In this document: positions 34,843 through 45,075 of the stretch, one piece after another
How positions within the stretch are numbered: the stretch's first letter is position 1
How the letters are laid out: each line of letters begins with the position of its first letter
Virus record (IMG/VR): IMGVR_UViG_3300031951_000044
Source: a virus
Lineage: Duplodnaviria > Heunggongvirae > Uroviricota > Caudoviricetes
DNA: 64,000 bases
Strand: one strand, 5' to 3'
Notes under the pieces: model-generated
What the model was told of the DNA's origin: nothing
What the model saw: the letters and a program-made list of their open reading frames with translations, nothing else
Database searches by the model: none
Made by a program: the position numbers and the translations under genes

Positions 34843-35913
34843 TTAATTGTTTAAAACAATTTTTTTGGTTTTATCGTTTAATCTTAATAAATATATTCCA
34901 GCATTTAGCTGAACTGATCCATTATTCAAATCATGAATAAATCTCCCAGAGATATCACAAATATTAGCTATTTTGTATTCATGTTGGTTGGTTAATGAAA
35001 CCAATCCATTTTGTATTAAAATTGCATCAAAATTATTATTAACTGAAACTATTGGTGAATATGTATAATCACCATCATAATCAACTTGTTTTAAGCGATA
35101 ATATATTATTTTATCATTATTTACATTAAAATCTGTATAATTATACAATATATTTTGTTGTGAGTAACCAATTGAAATTATATTGGCTATTTTATAGAAA
35201 TTAAACGCATCAAATGACTTTTCAATTTCAAAATGCGAATTATCCACTTCTGATGATGTCAACCACTCTAAATTAATTTTATTTTCAATTGACCTCACAT
35301 TAAAATAAACTAACTCAATTGGTAAAGTTGTAAACGAATGTGTGAGTTTCACATTATCAATTCTTACTGTCCCATCGACCGAGCCACCCCAAAAATAAAT
35401 TTTAAAATTTGCTGAACCAGTCACCAATTGATTAATTCCCGCACCAAGTGAAACGCAACTTGTTGATGTTGAATTAAATATTGATTGAGAAACACCATTC
35501 ATATATACAGCAAGGTTGGTGGGTCCAGTGGATGATCTTCTGAAACTAAAACTTAATTGATTTAAATAAAACGAAACATTTGGATATGTTGATATTGTAA
35601 ACTCATAATAATGAGCGAGATTTATTGCTGGACTAGTCCAAGATTTTGTTATAAAGGATGTGTTGTTATTTGTACAAATCAAATCGGGGCATCCGGCTGC
35701 ACATCCATCATTAATGCTACTACATCCCGAACCAAGTGGTAAAGTTGTTGTCACAGGTGTTGCATTAAAATATGGAAAAATATAATCAGGATTATTATTA
35801 CATACATTAAAATCATAAAATACCAAATCTGTTTGTGAGAAAGTTTTAATGTTGAAAACAAAACCAAAAATTATTATAAATATATATTTTAATTTGTTAT
35901 TTATTATTTGCAT
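34843..35913 (-). CDS. secreted protein with T9SS (Por) C-terminal sorting domain
   Basis: signal peptide MQIINNKLKYIFIIIFGFVFNIKTFSQ; C-terminus ...NAGIYLLRLNDKTKKIVLNN typical Por_Secre_tail. Confidence 0.55.
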   Translation of the reverse strand: MQIINNKLKYIFIIIFGFVFNIKTFSQTDLVFYDFNVCNNNPDYIFPYFNATPVTTTLPLGSGCSSINDGCAAGCPDLICTNNNTSFITKSWTSPAINLAHYYEFTISTYPNVSFYLNQLSFSFRRSSTGPTNLAVYMNGVSQSIFNSTSTSCVSLGAGINQLVTGSANFKIYFWGGSVDGTVRIDNVKLTHSFTTLPIELVYFNVRSIENKINLEWLTSSEVDNSHFEIEKSFDAFNFYKIANIISIGYSQQNILYNYTDFNVNNDKIIYYRLKQVDYDGDYTYSPIVSVNNNFDAILIQNGLVSLTNQHEYKIANICDISGRFIHDLNNGSVQLNAGIYLLRLNDKTKKIVLNN

Positions 35914-35969
35914 ATTTTTAAGCGAAAGAATGTTTTTATAAACATAAGTATTTATATATAAAAAATAAA

Positions 35970-36347
35970 ATGAATATAAGAACAAAAATTAAAAAACTTT
36001 TAAAGGAATCGGATAGACAAAATAATTTAAAAGATTTTATTGTGGATAATATAGATTTTGATGGGTATGATATTAGACCAACAAAAAATCCATTAAAAAC
36101 CGGTTTGGAAATATTCGTGAATGAATATGATTTTGAAATCAAAAGACGTGGTATGAAACGAGCATTTATTGAGTATTTGCAAGGTTTACCAAGTTGGATT
36201 AGTTTACCGTATTCTTATTATGATATTGAGCATTTAATGTATGCTTTGGGTTATGATGAAATCAAAGATAAGAATATGGAAGATGATGAAATCGCTAATT
36301 TATTTTATAACGAGGTTGCAAATATATTTTTAGATAGTATTATCTAA
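35970..36347 (+). CDS. hypothetical protein (plus-strand island)
   Basis: only sizeable + ORF not shadowing a minus gene here. Confidence 0.4.
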   Translation: MNIRTKIKKLLKESDRQNNLKDFIVDNIDFDGYDIRPTKNPLKTGLEIFVNEYDFEIKRRGMKRAFIEYLQGLPSWISLPYSYYDIEHLMYALGYDEIKDKNMEDDEIANLFYNEVANIFLDSII

Positions 36348-36879
36348 ATAACGGAATTTTAGTGTGATTTTCGTCAACCCACCCATCTGCTTCAGATTCC
36401 TTAAAAAATGGACCGTATTTAATATTTCTTTCCCTTTCTGTAAGACCTCCTGTTCTTTGTACATACCATGCAACAGGTTTTCTATTTAGCATTTCATCGT
36501 GTTCATTAATAATATCAATGATATCTTGCCAACCATATTTTGTTGACCATCTTTCACCGTTTTCTAACCAAGAAAAATAAAATCCACCACTATGATTATA
36601 TTCTGGATAAACTGAGAAACCCTCACCATTATCATTAATAAATTCTCTGATTGGACCATCATCAAAATATTCATCACCAAGTTTTGGTTCTGAAAATGTT
36701 AAATGTTTTGGATGTTTATTAACCGGAATTACAAAATCTGGAATATTCCAACTTCTTTCATCATCTTCACTTAAATTATTCCATTCTTCCCATTGCTCAC
36801 GAAATTCATTATTAATTAAATAATAATGGGAATTTTTATCTCTATCTATGAAGAAACTTTTATTTATTTTGTATTCCAT
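36340..36879 (-). CDS. hypothetical protein
   Basis: co-oriented ORF. Confidence 0.45.
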   Translation of the reverse strand: MEYKINKSFFIDRDKNSHYYLINNEFREQWEEWNNLSEDDERSWNIPDFVIPVNKHPKHLTFSEPKLGDEYFDDGPIREFINDNGEGFSVYPEYNHSGGFYFSWLENGERWSTKYGWQDIIDIINEHDEMLNRKPVAWYVQRTGGLTERERNIKYGPFFKESEADGWVDENHTKIPLFR

Positions 36880-37222
36880 ATCTAATTATTCTAGTTTTTA
36901 ATCCCTTTTCAGTTACTATATCAATCATATGTTTCGTCCCTCTAGATTCGCCATCCCAAAATGCTATTAGAGCGTCAGCATATTCAGACATTTTAATATT
37001 TCGAAGATAACCAGCTTTTTTTTTATATTCATCCCAATTCGCCAAAAAAATCTTAAGACCATATCTCCTTTCATTTGCATATCGTTCACCAAGAGCATCG
37101 GCACCTTTAGCGCCTCCACTCACTATCTCGATATCCTTTTGATTTATTAAAATTTTATCGCAAGTTTTCTTTAATAATTCATAATCATTAAAGTCTCTAC
37201 TACCCGCTATTATTACTTTCAT
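36860..37222 (-). CDS. SLOG-family protein (DUF2493-like)
   Basis: IIAGSRDF...VSGGAKGADALGERYA...AFWDGESRGTKHMI. Confidence 0.55.
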   Translation of the reverse strand: MKVIIAGSRDFNDYELLKKTCDKILINQKDIEIVSGGAKGADALGERYANERRYGLKIFLANWDEYKKKAGYLRNIKMSEYADALIAFWDGESRGTKHMIDIVTEKGLKTRIIRYGIQNK

Positions 37223-37230
37223 TAAACATT

Positions 37231-37740
37231 TTATTTTAATATTTGGTTTAAATAATCAAACATGGGTTTTAATTCATCGCAATATAACTCACGATTAAAT
37301 TCCTCATTTTCTTTACGATACGCATTCACCATTGAACTATCATTACTTATAGAATAACTCGCATTTGCAAGTCTATCGCAGACCTTAACGAATCTAGCAA
37401 CAGGAATATCGCGAATACCCTGATAGTATTTAGCATTCGCTCGGTCTTTTCGCGTCCTACCTTTTTCATTCGTTAATGCATAGACAGCTTCTGCAATTTG
37501 CTCACCGAATTCCTTTTTGATGTCGTTGTAACTTATAAAGTAAATATCCTCTAGTGTGTCGTGTAACCATGCGGATGCTTGCGCTATTTCCAAATCATCA
37601 TCTTTAAGGAGATATTGGAACTGACTTGCAAATTCACTGACCATTTTAAGATGAACCTCATAAGGTTGATTATCATATTTTTGATTCACAGCATTGTGTG
37701 CTTTGATTGCAAACTCCCTTGCTTTATTTACTATATTCAT
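37231..37740 (-). CDS. HD-domain phosphohydrolase
   Basis: H...WLHDTLED...D motif. Confidence 0.6.
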   Translation of the reverse strand: MNIVNKAREFAIKAHNAVNQKYDNQPYEVHLKMVSEFASQFQYLLKDDDLEIAQASAWLHDTLEDIYFISYNDIKKEFGEQIAEAVYALTNEKGRTRKDRANAKYYQGIRDIPVARFVKVCDRLANASYSISNDSSMVNAYRKENEEFNRELYCDELKPMFDYLNQILK

Positions 37741-38198
37741 TTTTCTTCAACAATTTTAATGATTTGACTTAATTTTTGCGTATATTCTTGTAAATCAAAT
37801 ATACGTGTCTCTGATGTTAGTAATTCGTTATTTAACCCCTTTACTATAAAATTTTCAACAAAGAACTTAGCCTTATTTAAATCCTCAGATGCGTATATAT
37901 AATATTTGTTACCAAAATCCGGATAAACATAGTATATATCACGATTTTTATTTGTGCCTAACATATAAAAAATATTTCTTATGATTGGGTATCCATATGC
38001 CCAATGTAATCGTTCCACAACCGGAACATACGTTTTTACATCATCAGCTAGAACGTGATCCCAAGATCCCGGAAAATCCTCGCTCTTACCATTATATTCA
38101 ATAAATTCCATTTTAATTAAAATATTTTTATCTATAATTATTTTATAGTTCACCCAAACTTTTAAATAAAGCTTCAATCCAAATATTCGACTCTTCAC
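37737..38198 (-). CDS. hypothetical protein
   Basis: co-oriented ORF. Confidence 0.45.
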   Translation of the reverse strand: MKSRIFGLKLYLKVWVNYKIIIDKNILIKMEFIEYNGKSEDFPGSWDHVLADDVKTYVPVVERLHWAYGYPIIRNIFYMLGTNKNRDIYYVYPDFGNKYYIYASEDLNKAKFFVENFIVKGLNNELLTSETRIFDLQEYTQKLSQIIKIVEEK

Positions 38199-38757
38199 AG
38201 TTTTCTTCTTGTTCCTTTAATTTTTTGGAAGAATATTCAAAATCTTTTTTCAATTCATCATATTTTTCTTTTAAAAAAACATCCAAGGACATTGTTTCAA
38301 GTCGATTTTTTAATTCAGAAATTCTTTCGTCATAATAACTTATATCACAATCTTTTTGAGCATATGAAAGCTGTTCCATAACAAAATTTCTAAAACCAAT
38401 ATGTTCATCAGTTGGTACTACCCACTCATTTGCTTCTTTAAAAATTTTATCAACTAATTTTTTATTTTCTAACCTTTTACTAATTTCTTTTTCACAAAAT
38501 TCTAAATCTTCAATAATTTTTTTCTTCTCACTTTCATATGCTTCATGTGGATATTGTTCTAAAAACAATAATTCATGTTTAACCTCATCAAGACTTTCTA
38601 GATAATATGGGTCAACATATCTCTTCCGATAAGAAGAATCTAACGACTCATCTCGCATATGAATAGCTGCGCTGAATGCTCTTGTACATAATTTAGCAAA
38701 ATCTTTAAAATTCGTAATTTCACCCTTTTCAATTCTTTCCGTGAATGCTGTTGGCAT
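38143..38757 (-). CDS. hypothetical protein
   Basis: co-oriented ORF. Confidence 0.45.
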   Translation of the reverse strand: MPTAFTERIEKGEITNFKDFAKLCTRAFSAAIHMRDESLDSSYRKRYVDPYYLESLDEVKHELLFLEQYPHEAYESEKKKIIEDLEFCEKEISKRLENKKLVDKIFKEANEWVVPTDEHIGFRNFVMEQLSYAQKDCDISYYDERISELKNRLETMSLDVFLKEKYDELKKDFEYSSKKLKEQEENCEESNIWIEALFKSLGEL

Positions 38758-38806
38758 GTTAACTTGATTTTATGTTTAAATTTAATGCAAATATAATTAA
38801 TAAATT

Positions 38807-39265
38807 TCACTTATGCAAGAAGTTATATTTTTTGCACCATTCCTCTTCATTAAATCGCTCATCAACATAACCATACTTTGTCTCAATCCACTTAGCGTGT
38901 TCCGTATGTCGAGGTTCCCAATTGCGAATTTCATCTTTGGAGTCCTTCACCAACTGTTCTATTTCTCCGATGTATCTATCGCACATAACATCCCTAGTAT
39001 CTTTGGTGAAATTCCAATAAACATTTTTGAATCCCATTTCATAAATCATGTCACGAATTTCCTTGCATGGTTCCCAAGGATATGGAATAGATTCCCGAAA
39101 ATAAATTTCAATACTCCAATCATAATAATCACAACCTATTTTAAGGTCATCAAGTTTAATTTCCGGTTCATATTTCTCGAAAGCATCAAAAAGCATGTCA
39201 ATAATTTTTGCTTCCGCTAATTGACCGTCAATTAACATATCTGCTAATGTTTTGTGATTATCCAT
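38807..39265 (-). CDS. hypothetical protein
   Basis: co-oriented ORF. Confidence 0.45.
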   Translation of the reverse strand: MDNHKTLADMLIDGQLAEAKIIDMLFDAFEKYEPEIKLDDLKIGCDYYDWSIEIYFRESIPYPWEPCKEIRDMIYEMGFKNVYWNFTKDTRDVMCDRYIGEIEQLVKDSKDEIRNWEPRHTEHAKWIETKYGYVDERFNEEEWCKKYNFLHK

Positions 39266-39536
39266 TTAATTGTAGTTTAATTTGTTCGTCCAATTCATTT
39301 ATATTCTTATTAGAGGTATCCAAGAATTGCTCGAAAATTCTTTTTAAGAAATCAACTTCTTGATTATGAAGGTTGCAATATGGTTTATCAAATGCATCTA
39401 TACCATCAGCAGATAATGTAATATCAATTCTTATATTATTTGATTGGATTTTATTTAATCTTTCTAAGATTCGAATAAGTCCCTCAATATTAGTTAATTC
39501 ATCTTTATAGTAATTTACTAAATTTTTATCAATCAT
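39258..39536 (-). CDS. hypothetical protein
   Basis: co-oriented ORF. Confidence 0.4.
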   Translation of the reverse strand: MIDKNLVNYYKDELTNIEGLIRILERLNKIQSNNIRIDITLSADGIDAFDKPYCNLHNQEVDFLKRIFEQFLDTSNKNINELDEQIKLQLNG

Positions 39537-39539
39537 TTT

Positions 39540-40613
39540 TTAATCTTCTTTATTCCAATAAGGTTTTTGATATTTTGGTCTTACCAAATCCCAAATTAGT
39601 GGTTTATAATTTCTATTATCCAACATCGAATACAATATTTTTTGATATCTTGGAATCACATTCGATTGTATCCATAATGCTTTATCTTTTCTATTTTCAA
39701 GTTGTTGATTATTGAGTTCATCTTTTTTTGTATTGCAGACTGATAAAATGTAATCAAAAGACTTGTTCAAGTCAAATATCTTACCTCTAACCCACTTATC
39801 AAATTCATCTGGAACTTTATTCAAGAACGCATAAATATCATCTTCGTTTTTCAAACATTCCCAAATATCAACGTTTGAAAAATTGGTTATTAATTTATGC
39901 AAACGAACATATTCATCAAATTTAATTTTGATTCGATAGTTAGATGGTTCAAATTTAATAATATAACCCTCTCTATTTTCTTCAAAAGAATTCTTTAATG
40001 ATTTATAATCAAATACATTTCCATATTCTTTAACAATATGTGAATTGGGTATTTGACAACGATTAAATTCTTCTTTGCACTGAGACCAAGAAAGTTCCTT
40101 ATCTTTATGATAGATGGATAAGAAAAATAGTTTTTCCTCATTATAAACCACAACAATCGTGTTTTCAACATAAATTATTTCAACTAGATATGTGTATTCC
40201 GGATTTAACAAATCAACACGATACAAATTATGTAATATTTCCTCAGCTTTTTGCGCTTGTTCAGACATAAAAGAACCTCTGGTTGCTACATTCCACTTAT
40301 TATCATAATAATAAATAATTCCAAGTGATCCATCACATTTATCTTGCACAATCGGATTTTCTTTTACAATAATATTAAACGCGGAGTGATTTTGTGGTAA
40401 TTCTTCATAATTAAAAAACTTTGAGAATCCTCTAGCAATTAAATTACCGTTCTCATCAAGAATGAGACCACGACAATTAAGCGTAATATCGTCCCACTTA
40501 TTATCAAACTGAGTTTTTCTTGAGTAATTATAAATAAAAAGATTTTTGGTTGGGTGTTTTGTTTCTTCTACCCAACCATCAATAACATATTGCTTTATTT
40601 TATTATGATTCAC
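39540..40613 (-). CDS. RNA ligase, T4 Rnl1-like
   Basis: motif I KCDGSLGIIYY (T4 Rnl1 KEDGSL); 357 aa. Confidence 0.6.
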   Translation of the reverse strand: MNHNKIKQYVIDGWVEETKHPTKNLFIYNYSRKTQFDNKWDDITLNCRGLILDENGNLIARGFSKFFNYEELPQNHSAFNIIVKENPIVQDKCDGSLGIIYYYDNKWNVATRGSFMSEQAQKAEEILHNLYRVDLLNPEYTYLVEIIYVENTIVVVYNEEKLFFLSIYHKDKELSWSQCKEEFNRCQIPNSHIVKEYGNVFDYKSLKNSFEENREGYIIKFEPSNYRIKIKFDEYVRLHKLITNFSNVDIWECLKNEDDIYAFLNKVPDEFDKWVRGKIFDLNKSFDYILSVCNTKKDELNNQQLENRKDKALWIQSNVIPRYQKILYSMLDNRNYKPLIWDLVRPKYQKPYWNKED

Positions 40614-41026
40614 GATAATTTTTTTATAACAATTTTTCTTAACTGCTCACCAATTGGTTCTGGTAGGTTATCTATTCCAAACCAACCACACTGTGAATGT
40701 TCATGACCATCTTGTGCTGTTTCCAAATTAACATCAAATTCATTATCAACCTCACAAAAATAAACATACAAAAGACCTTTCATTTTTTCGCCATTCCTTG
40801 TCATTTTTGCAATTAATGAAATTAATTCAATATCTTCGTTTATTTCAATATCAGTTTCTTCAAAAAATTCTCTATATGCTGCATCGATTGGTGCTTCATC
40901 TTCTTCAATTCCTCCAGATGGTATACTCCATTCACCTCCTCTTATTTTTTTTAAAGAGCGTTTACATAAAAGAACTTTGTCATCACATTTGACCAAAATT
41001 CCAGCATATCTTTTATTTTTCTTCAT
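40610..41026 (-). CDS. NUDIX hydrolase
   Basis: Nudix box GGIEEDEAPIDAAYREFFEETDI. Confidence 0.65.
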   Translation of the reverse strand: MKKNKRYAGILVKCDDKVLLCKRSLKKIRGGEWSIPSGGIEEDEAPIDAAYREFFEETDIEINEDIELISLIAKMTRNGEKMKGLLYVYFCEVDNEFDVNLETAQDGHEHSQCGWFGIDNLPEPIGEQLRKIVIKKLS

Positions 41027-41427
41027 GTTGTATGAGGTGGATTATGTCTTATTGAAGTTTGTGGTCTACGTTTATTTTTCAAATAATTATTAACCACCCC
41101 GATTATATTACTCGCACCAATCGGATTTGCGCTATGTGAATATACCAATGGAAGTTCTTGGTTTGTATCTTCAACATGATGAATTAACCACTTAATTAAA
41201 TCATAACCAGTGCATTCATTAATGTTATCGTAATCTAATATGTAATTGGTTGCAACATTTTTAAAATATTCTTTCATTGATTCGGGACCAAGATCGTGAT
41301 CCAAAGAAATTAACTCAACATCTTTAAGTTCAATTTTTTTAATTAAATTCTTAAATTCGTCGCAAGTTCTAACAACTTCCCAACCACCATCTAATGGTGT
41401 ACGAATATCATCCAAGTAAATTTTCAT
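41023..41427 (-). CDS. hypothetical protein
   Basis: last gene of minus block. Confidence 0.45.
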   Translation of the reverse strand: MKIYLDDIRTPLDGGWEVVRTCDEFKNLIKKIELKDVELISLDHDLGPESMKEYFKNVATNYILDYDNINECTGYDLIKWLIHHVEDTNQELPLVYSHSANPIGASNIIGVVNNYLKNKRRPQTSIRHNPPHTT

Positions 41428-41474
41428 GTTTTTTTTTGGTAAAGATACGATAATTTCAGTACAATGTCAATTTA

Positions 41475-42062
41475 ATGATATTTATGGTTATGAAAAAGAT
41501 AAAATTAACAGAATCGGATTTATATAGAATTGTTAGAAAGGTTCTTCTTGAACAGGAGGAAGAAAAGAGAAGTTTTACATTTTCTCCGGGAGCATTTGCA
41601 TCTTTTATAACATCATCATCAGGTGAAAGATTTGTTAAACATCTTAATAACAAATATGATGAGATTGTTGTTAATGGGCATTTGGATTTAAGTGAAACAC
41701 AAATTCAATCCTTACCGGATAATCTTAAAGTTGGGGGAAGTTTGTGGTTAAATGGAACACCAATTCAATCCTTACCGGATAATCTTCATGTTGGGGGAAG
41801 TTTGTATTTACGAGGAACACCAATTCAATCCTTACCGGATAATCTTGACGTTAAGGGATTGTTGGATTTAAGAGGAACACCAATTCAATCCTTACCGGAT
41901 AATCTTCGTGTTGGGGGAAGTTTGTGGTTAAATGGAACACCAATTCAATCCTTACCGGATAATCTTAGGACTGGATTAGAAATTGATATTATCAATACAC
42001 CATTAAGTAAAAATGATGAATTAGTTGCGAACTATAGAAAAAAATATATAATTGTTAAATAA
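41475..42062 (+). CDS. LRR-like repeat protein (5 x 20-aa GTPIQSLPDNLxVGGSLWLN)
   Basis: 60-bp tandem DNA repeats 41695-41975. Confidence 0.55.
   Translation: MIFMVMKKIKLTESDLYRIVRKVLLEQEEEKRSFTFSPGAFASFITSSSGERFVKHLNNKYDEIVVNGHLDLSETQIQSLPDNLKVGGSLWLNGTPIQSLPDNLHVGGSLYLRGTPIQSLPDNLDVKGLLDLRGTPIQSLPDNLRVGGSLWLNGTPIQSLPDNLRTGLEIDIINTPLSKNDELVANYRKKYIIVK
41695..41975. repeat. 60-bp in-frame tandem repeat x ~4.7
   Basis: caattcaatccttaccggataatctt... repeated. Confidence 0.85.
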
Positions 42063-42418
42063 TGAAAATAAAAATAAATAACAAAAACTTTAACGTAATA
42101 CTTAAAACTTCTGTAGAAGGAAGAACTGAAGGTATGATGGGTAAACGATTTAATGGTTTTGATGGAATGTTATTTATAATGGACAAAAATGAAGAACAAT
42201 CATTTTGGATGAAAAATTGCATTGTAAATCTTGATATCATATTTATAGTAAATGATACTATATCAAAAATTCATGAAAATTGTCCTCCTTGCAAATCAAA
42301 TGACTGTCCAACATATTCAGGTCAAGGTAACATAGTTCTTGAGCTACCCGGAGGTTCTTGTTCGCATCATGATATAAAAGTTGGTGATAAAGTTGCATAT
42401 TTCAAAAAATCTTCTTAA
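42062..42418 (+). CDS. DUF192-family protein
   Basis: GMMGKRF...GMLFIMDKNEEQSFWMKNCIVNLDIIFI pattern. Confidence 0.5.
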   Translation: MKIKINNKNFNVILKTSVEGRTEGMMGKRFNGFDGMLFIMDKNEEQSFWMKNCIVNLDIIFIVNDTISKIHENCPPCKSNDCPTYSGQGNIVLELPGGSCSHHDIKVGDKVAYFKKSS

Positions 42419-42449
42419 TTTTGCGGTCTAACCTAAAAAATTAAGAAAC

Positions 42450-42761
42450 ATGAAATTAGAATTCAAAGAAACTTTCACAACCATTAAGCGTATTATTAAT
42501 CATATGTTATTTGTTGTTGCGGTTGCTGGTGGAATCACAGTTGGTTTTTTGGTCGGTATTAATTACAATAAAATTGTTCCTCAACCAAAAACAAAAATCA
42601 AATATGTTAATAAAAAAGATGTTAATATTGCAATAGATGAGGGAAATAGATTGATTTTGATTGATAACTTTAGTGGTGATTATGTGATTTACTCAGACAG
42701 TGTAGGAAAATCAATTTTCAATAGTTATGCAAACCAAATCATGACAAAAAATGAACCATAA
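42450..42761 (+). CDS. membrane protein
   Basis: N-terminal TM helix. Confidence 0.45.
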   Translation: MKLEFKETFTTIKRIINHMLFVVAVAGGITVGFLVGINYNKIVPQPKTKIKYVNKKDVNIAIDEGNRLILIDNFSGDYVIYSDSVGKSIFNSYANQIMTKNEP

Positions 42762-43305
42762 ATTTTACTTAAATGTTTGGGTCTATATTATTATTTGTTT
42801 CACCATCTTTATGTTTTTCATAATTAAACCTGAGGAAAAAACTACATTAGATGATGGTGATTTATTTTATCTAGCGGAAACAGATAATTCCCCAAATTGT
42901 TTAAAGATGTATTACTTCATCGAGAAGTATTCGGATGAATATAATATCCCAAAATATATCGCATACAATGTAGCATACAAAGAAACTAGATATTTGGGTC
43001 CATTTCATTGGGGTTATAATCACGCACAAGGTTCAAAAGCCGGTGCTCTTGGTCCTATGCAAATTATGCCAGCAACATCTGAATTTATTAATAAAGAACC
43101 AATTGGCGGAAAAAAGCTAAAAACCGATATTGAATATAATGTGCGTACTAGTATGAAGTTATTACGCTATCTCCACAATAAATACAAAAAGTGGGATATT
43201 GTTTGTGGTGTTTATAATACTGGTAAAGTACTTGTAAACGATTATGCTATGTATTGCTCAAATACTAAAGATTATAAGAAAATGTGGATTAAACCTCAAA
43301 ATTAA
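42751..43305 (+). CDS. lytic transglycosylase (SLT domain), membrane-anchored
   Basis: GALGPMQIMPATSEF motif; N-terminal TM. Confidence 0.6.
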   Translation: MNHKFYLNVWVYIIICFTIFMFFIIKPEEKTTLDDGDLFYLAETDNSPNCLKMYYFIEKYSDEYNIPKYIAYNVAYKETRYLGPFHWGYNHAQGSKAGALGPMQIMPATSEFINKEPIGGKKLKTDIEYNVRTSMKLLRYLHNKYKKWDIVCGVYNTGKVLVNDYAMYCSNTKDYKKMWIKPQN

Positions 43306-43636
43306 AAAGAAGAACATCATTAGGTTTTAAATCATTTTCATTCTTTAAAAGTGTATTGAGTTCCATCGGATTCTTAATAATAAAATTACCCTTTTTATTT
43401 AACTTTGATAAAATACCGCTCATAGTGTCACCAGATGCGACTTTATATATTAATGCAAAATATGGTTTATCGCCTTTTACATTATATTTTAAATTACCGG
43501 TTTCCATTAAGCAAGATTCTGAATAACCGCCCTTGCAAATACGATGTTCCCCCGGTTTTAATCCGGTTGCATCTTCATTAACAATTGATTTTCTTAAATC
43601 AATTAATTGTTTTTCTGTTATTATAATTTTAGCCAT
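43289..43636 (-). CDS. hypothetical protein
   Basis: ORF. Confidence 0.45.
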   Translation of the reverse strand: MAKIIITEKQLIDLRKSIVNEDATGLKPGEHRICKGGYSESCLMETGNLKYNVKGDKPYFALIYKVASGDTMSGILSKLNKKGNFIIKNPMELNTLLKNENDLKPNDVLLFNFEV

Positions 43637-44001
43637 TATTCTAATGTTAATAGATATTTTAGTTTATTAAATTGACCAAGCATTTCATCTCTTATATTTA
43701 ATAAGTCAGTGTCTGTTTCGCCTGAAAATTCACCACTTAACGAAATTAAAAACTCAACTGCTGAATCTATAAAGTCTTGAAGTGACATATTTTTTATGTC
43801 AAACAACTCAATTGTACCATCTGTTAATTCAAATCTTCCATATTTACCCATAGAGATTTCAACAAAGTCATCAATCAAACCACTTAATTCATCATATGTT
43901 TTACCATATGCGTTATGTTTTGCATAAGATTTTGTTTGCCAATGTAAAATTCTTAATTGTTGTTGTAATTCAACGAATGTCAAAACTATCGTGTCTTTCA
44001 T
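43636..44001 (-). CDS. hypothetical protein
   Basis: ORF. Confidence 0.45.
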   Translation of the reverse strand: MKDTIVLTFVELQQQLRILHWQTKSYAKHNAYGKTYDELSGLIDDFVEISMGKYGRFELTDGTIELFDIKNMSLQDFIDSAVEFLISLSGEFSGETDTDLLNIRDEMLGQFNKLKYLLTLE

Positions 44002-44004
44002 TTT

Positions 44005-45033
44005 TTATAAAAATAATTGTTTTATTATCATACCAAGAATATCATCAGTCTGAGGTATTAAACTAGATTTCTCTTGTTCTTTTTCTGGTTTTACTTCCTT
44101 ATCAACATCTAAATCTTTAGTCATCTCAGAGCCAGAAAAATCACTATTCCAAGCTTGTGTAGATTGTGGTGTCGATGCATATTTTTCAATTCCGTTAAGG
44201 ACTGTGTTTTTTCCAAGTTTTGCTTCTAGCTCATCTGGACCAATAAAATTAGCCACACCTAGATAATCAAGTAAACCTAAATACCATTTAGTTCTTCTCA
44301 TCAAAGATCTAACTGATCTATTACCCCAAATTCTACCAACCCCACCAACAACATATTTTGACCATAATGATGGGTCTAAATCTTTGTACGTTCTAAACGT
44401 TTTTGTTTTTGCTCCGGGTTTTAAAATATCTTTTATAGTATTTAAAAGACTTATTTTTTCACCAGAAGCGACCGCACCTTTTGCTGCGGTTTTAGTTGTG
44501 GTTGTACCTAATTTATATTCTTTAGCACCCTTCGCTAAAAGAGTAATCCATTCATTAATAACCTTCATAAGACCACCAATGACGGGTATTTTTTCGCCTT
44601 TCTTTAGAATTTGAATAAGTCTCGGTAAGATTTCATCGCTATTTTTTAACAACTTACCAAATTCAGGTACTTTTCTACCAGCATTTGCTAAATCAGAACT
44701 AGTTTTAGCACCTCTTAAAATCTTCGCTCCTTCACCACCTAGTTTAAGTACACCAATTACGGGTTTTGCAAACACATCTCCAAGATAGGGAATTGCTGAA
44801 ATCATCGACAACATACCAAATAAATGGTCACCTTGTCGAATATAATCTAACCCATTTACAATATCAACAACCCCAGTTGGGTCAAAAATACCTACAACAT
44901 CCCCTAGCGTGTTCCACCAAGCAGCTTCGGTAATTACTTGTTTCTTTTCTGGATGTAATAAGAATAATGTCTCAACTACAAACTCTCTTTCAGCTAGAGA
45001 TAGTAAACCCCATTTTATTTCTAATTCTTTCAT
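44005..45033 (-). CDS. hypothetical protein (342 aa)
   Basis: ORF. Confidence 0.5.
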   Translation of the reverse strand: MKELEIKWGLLSLAEREFVVETLFLLHPEKKQVITEAAWWNTLGDVVGIFDPTGVVDIVNGLDYIRQGDHLFGMLSMISAIPYLGDVFAKPVIGVLKLGGEGAKILRGAKTSSDLANAGRKVPEFGKLLKNSDEILPRLIQILKKGEKIPVIGGLMKVINEWITLLAKGAKEYKLGTTTTKTAAKGAVASGEKISLLNTIKDILKPGAKTKTFRTYKDLDPSLWSKYVVGGVGRIWGNRSVRSLMRRTKWYLGLLDYLGVANFIGPDELEAKLGKNTVLNGIEKYASTPQSTQAWNSDFSGSEMTKDLDVDKEVKPEKEQEKSSLIPQTDDILGMIIKQLFL

Positions 45034-45075
45034 AACATCTTTTTGTATAAATATACTGACGTTATGAATAATTTA

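Noticed and set aside
34843-35985. Original long start (MFLYSFYFLYINTYVYK...) for the T9SS-CTD protein
   Set aside because: Internal Met at 35913 gives a canonical signal peptide (MQIINNKLKYIFIIIFGFVFNIKTFSQ); the upstream extension is an AT-rich read-through.
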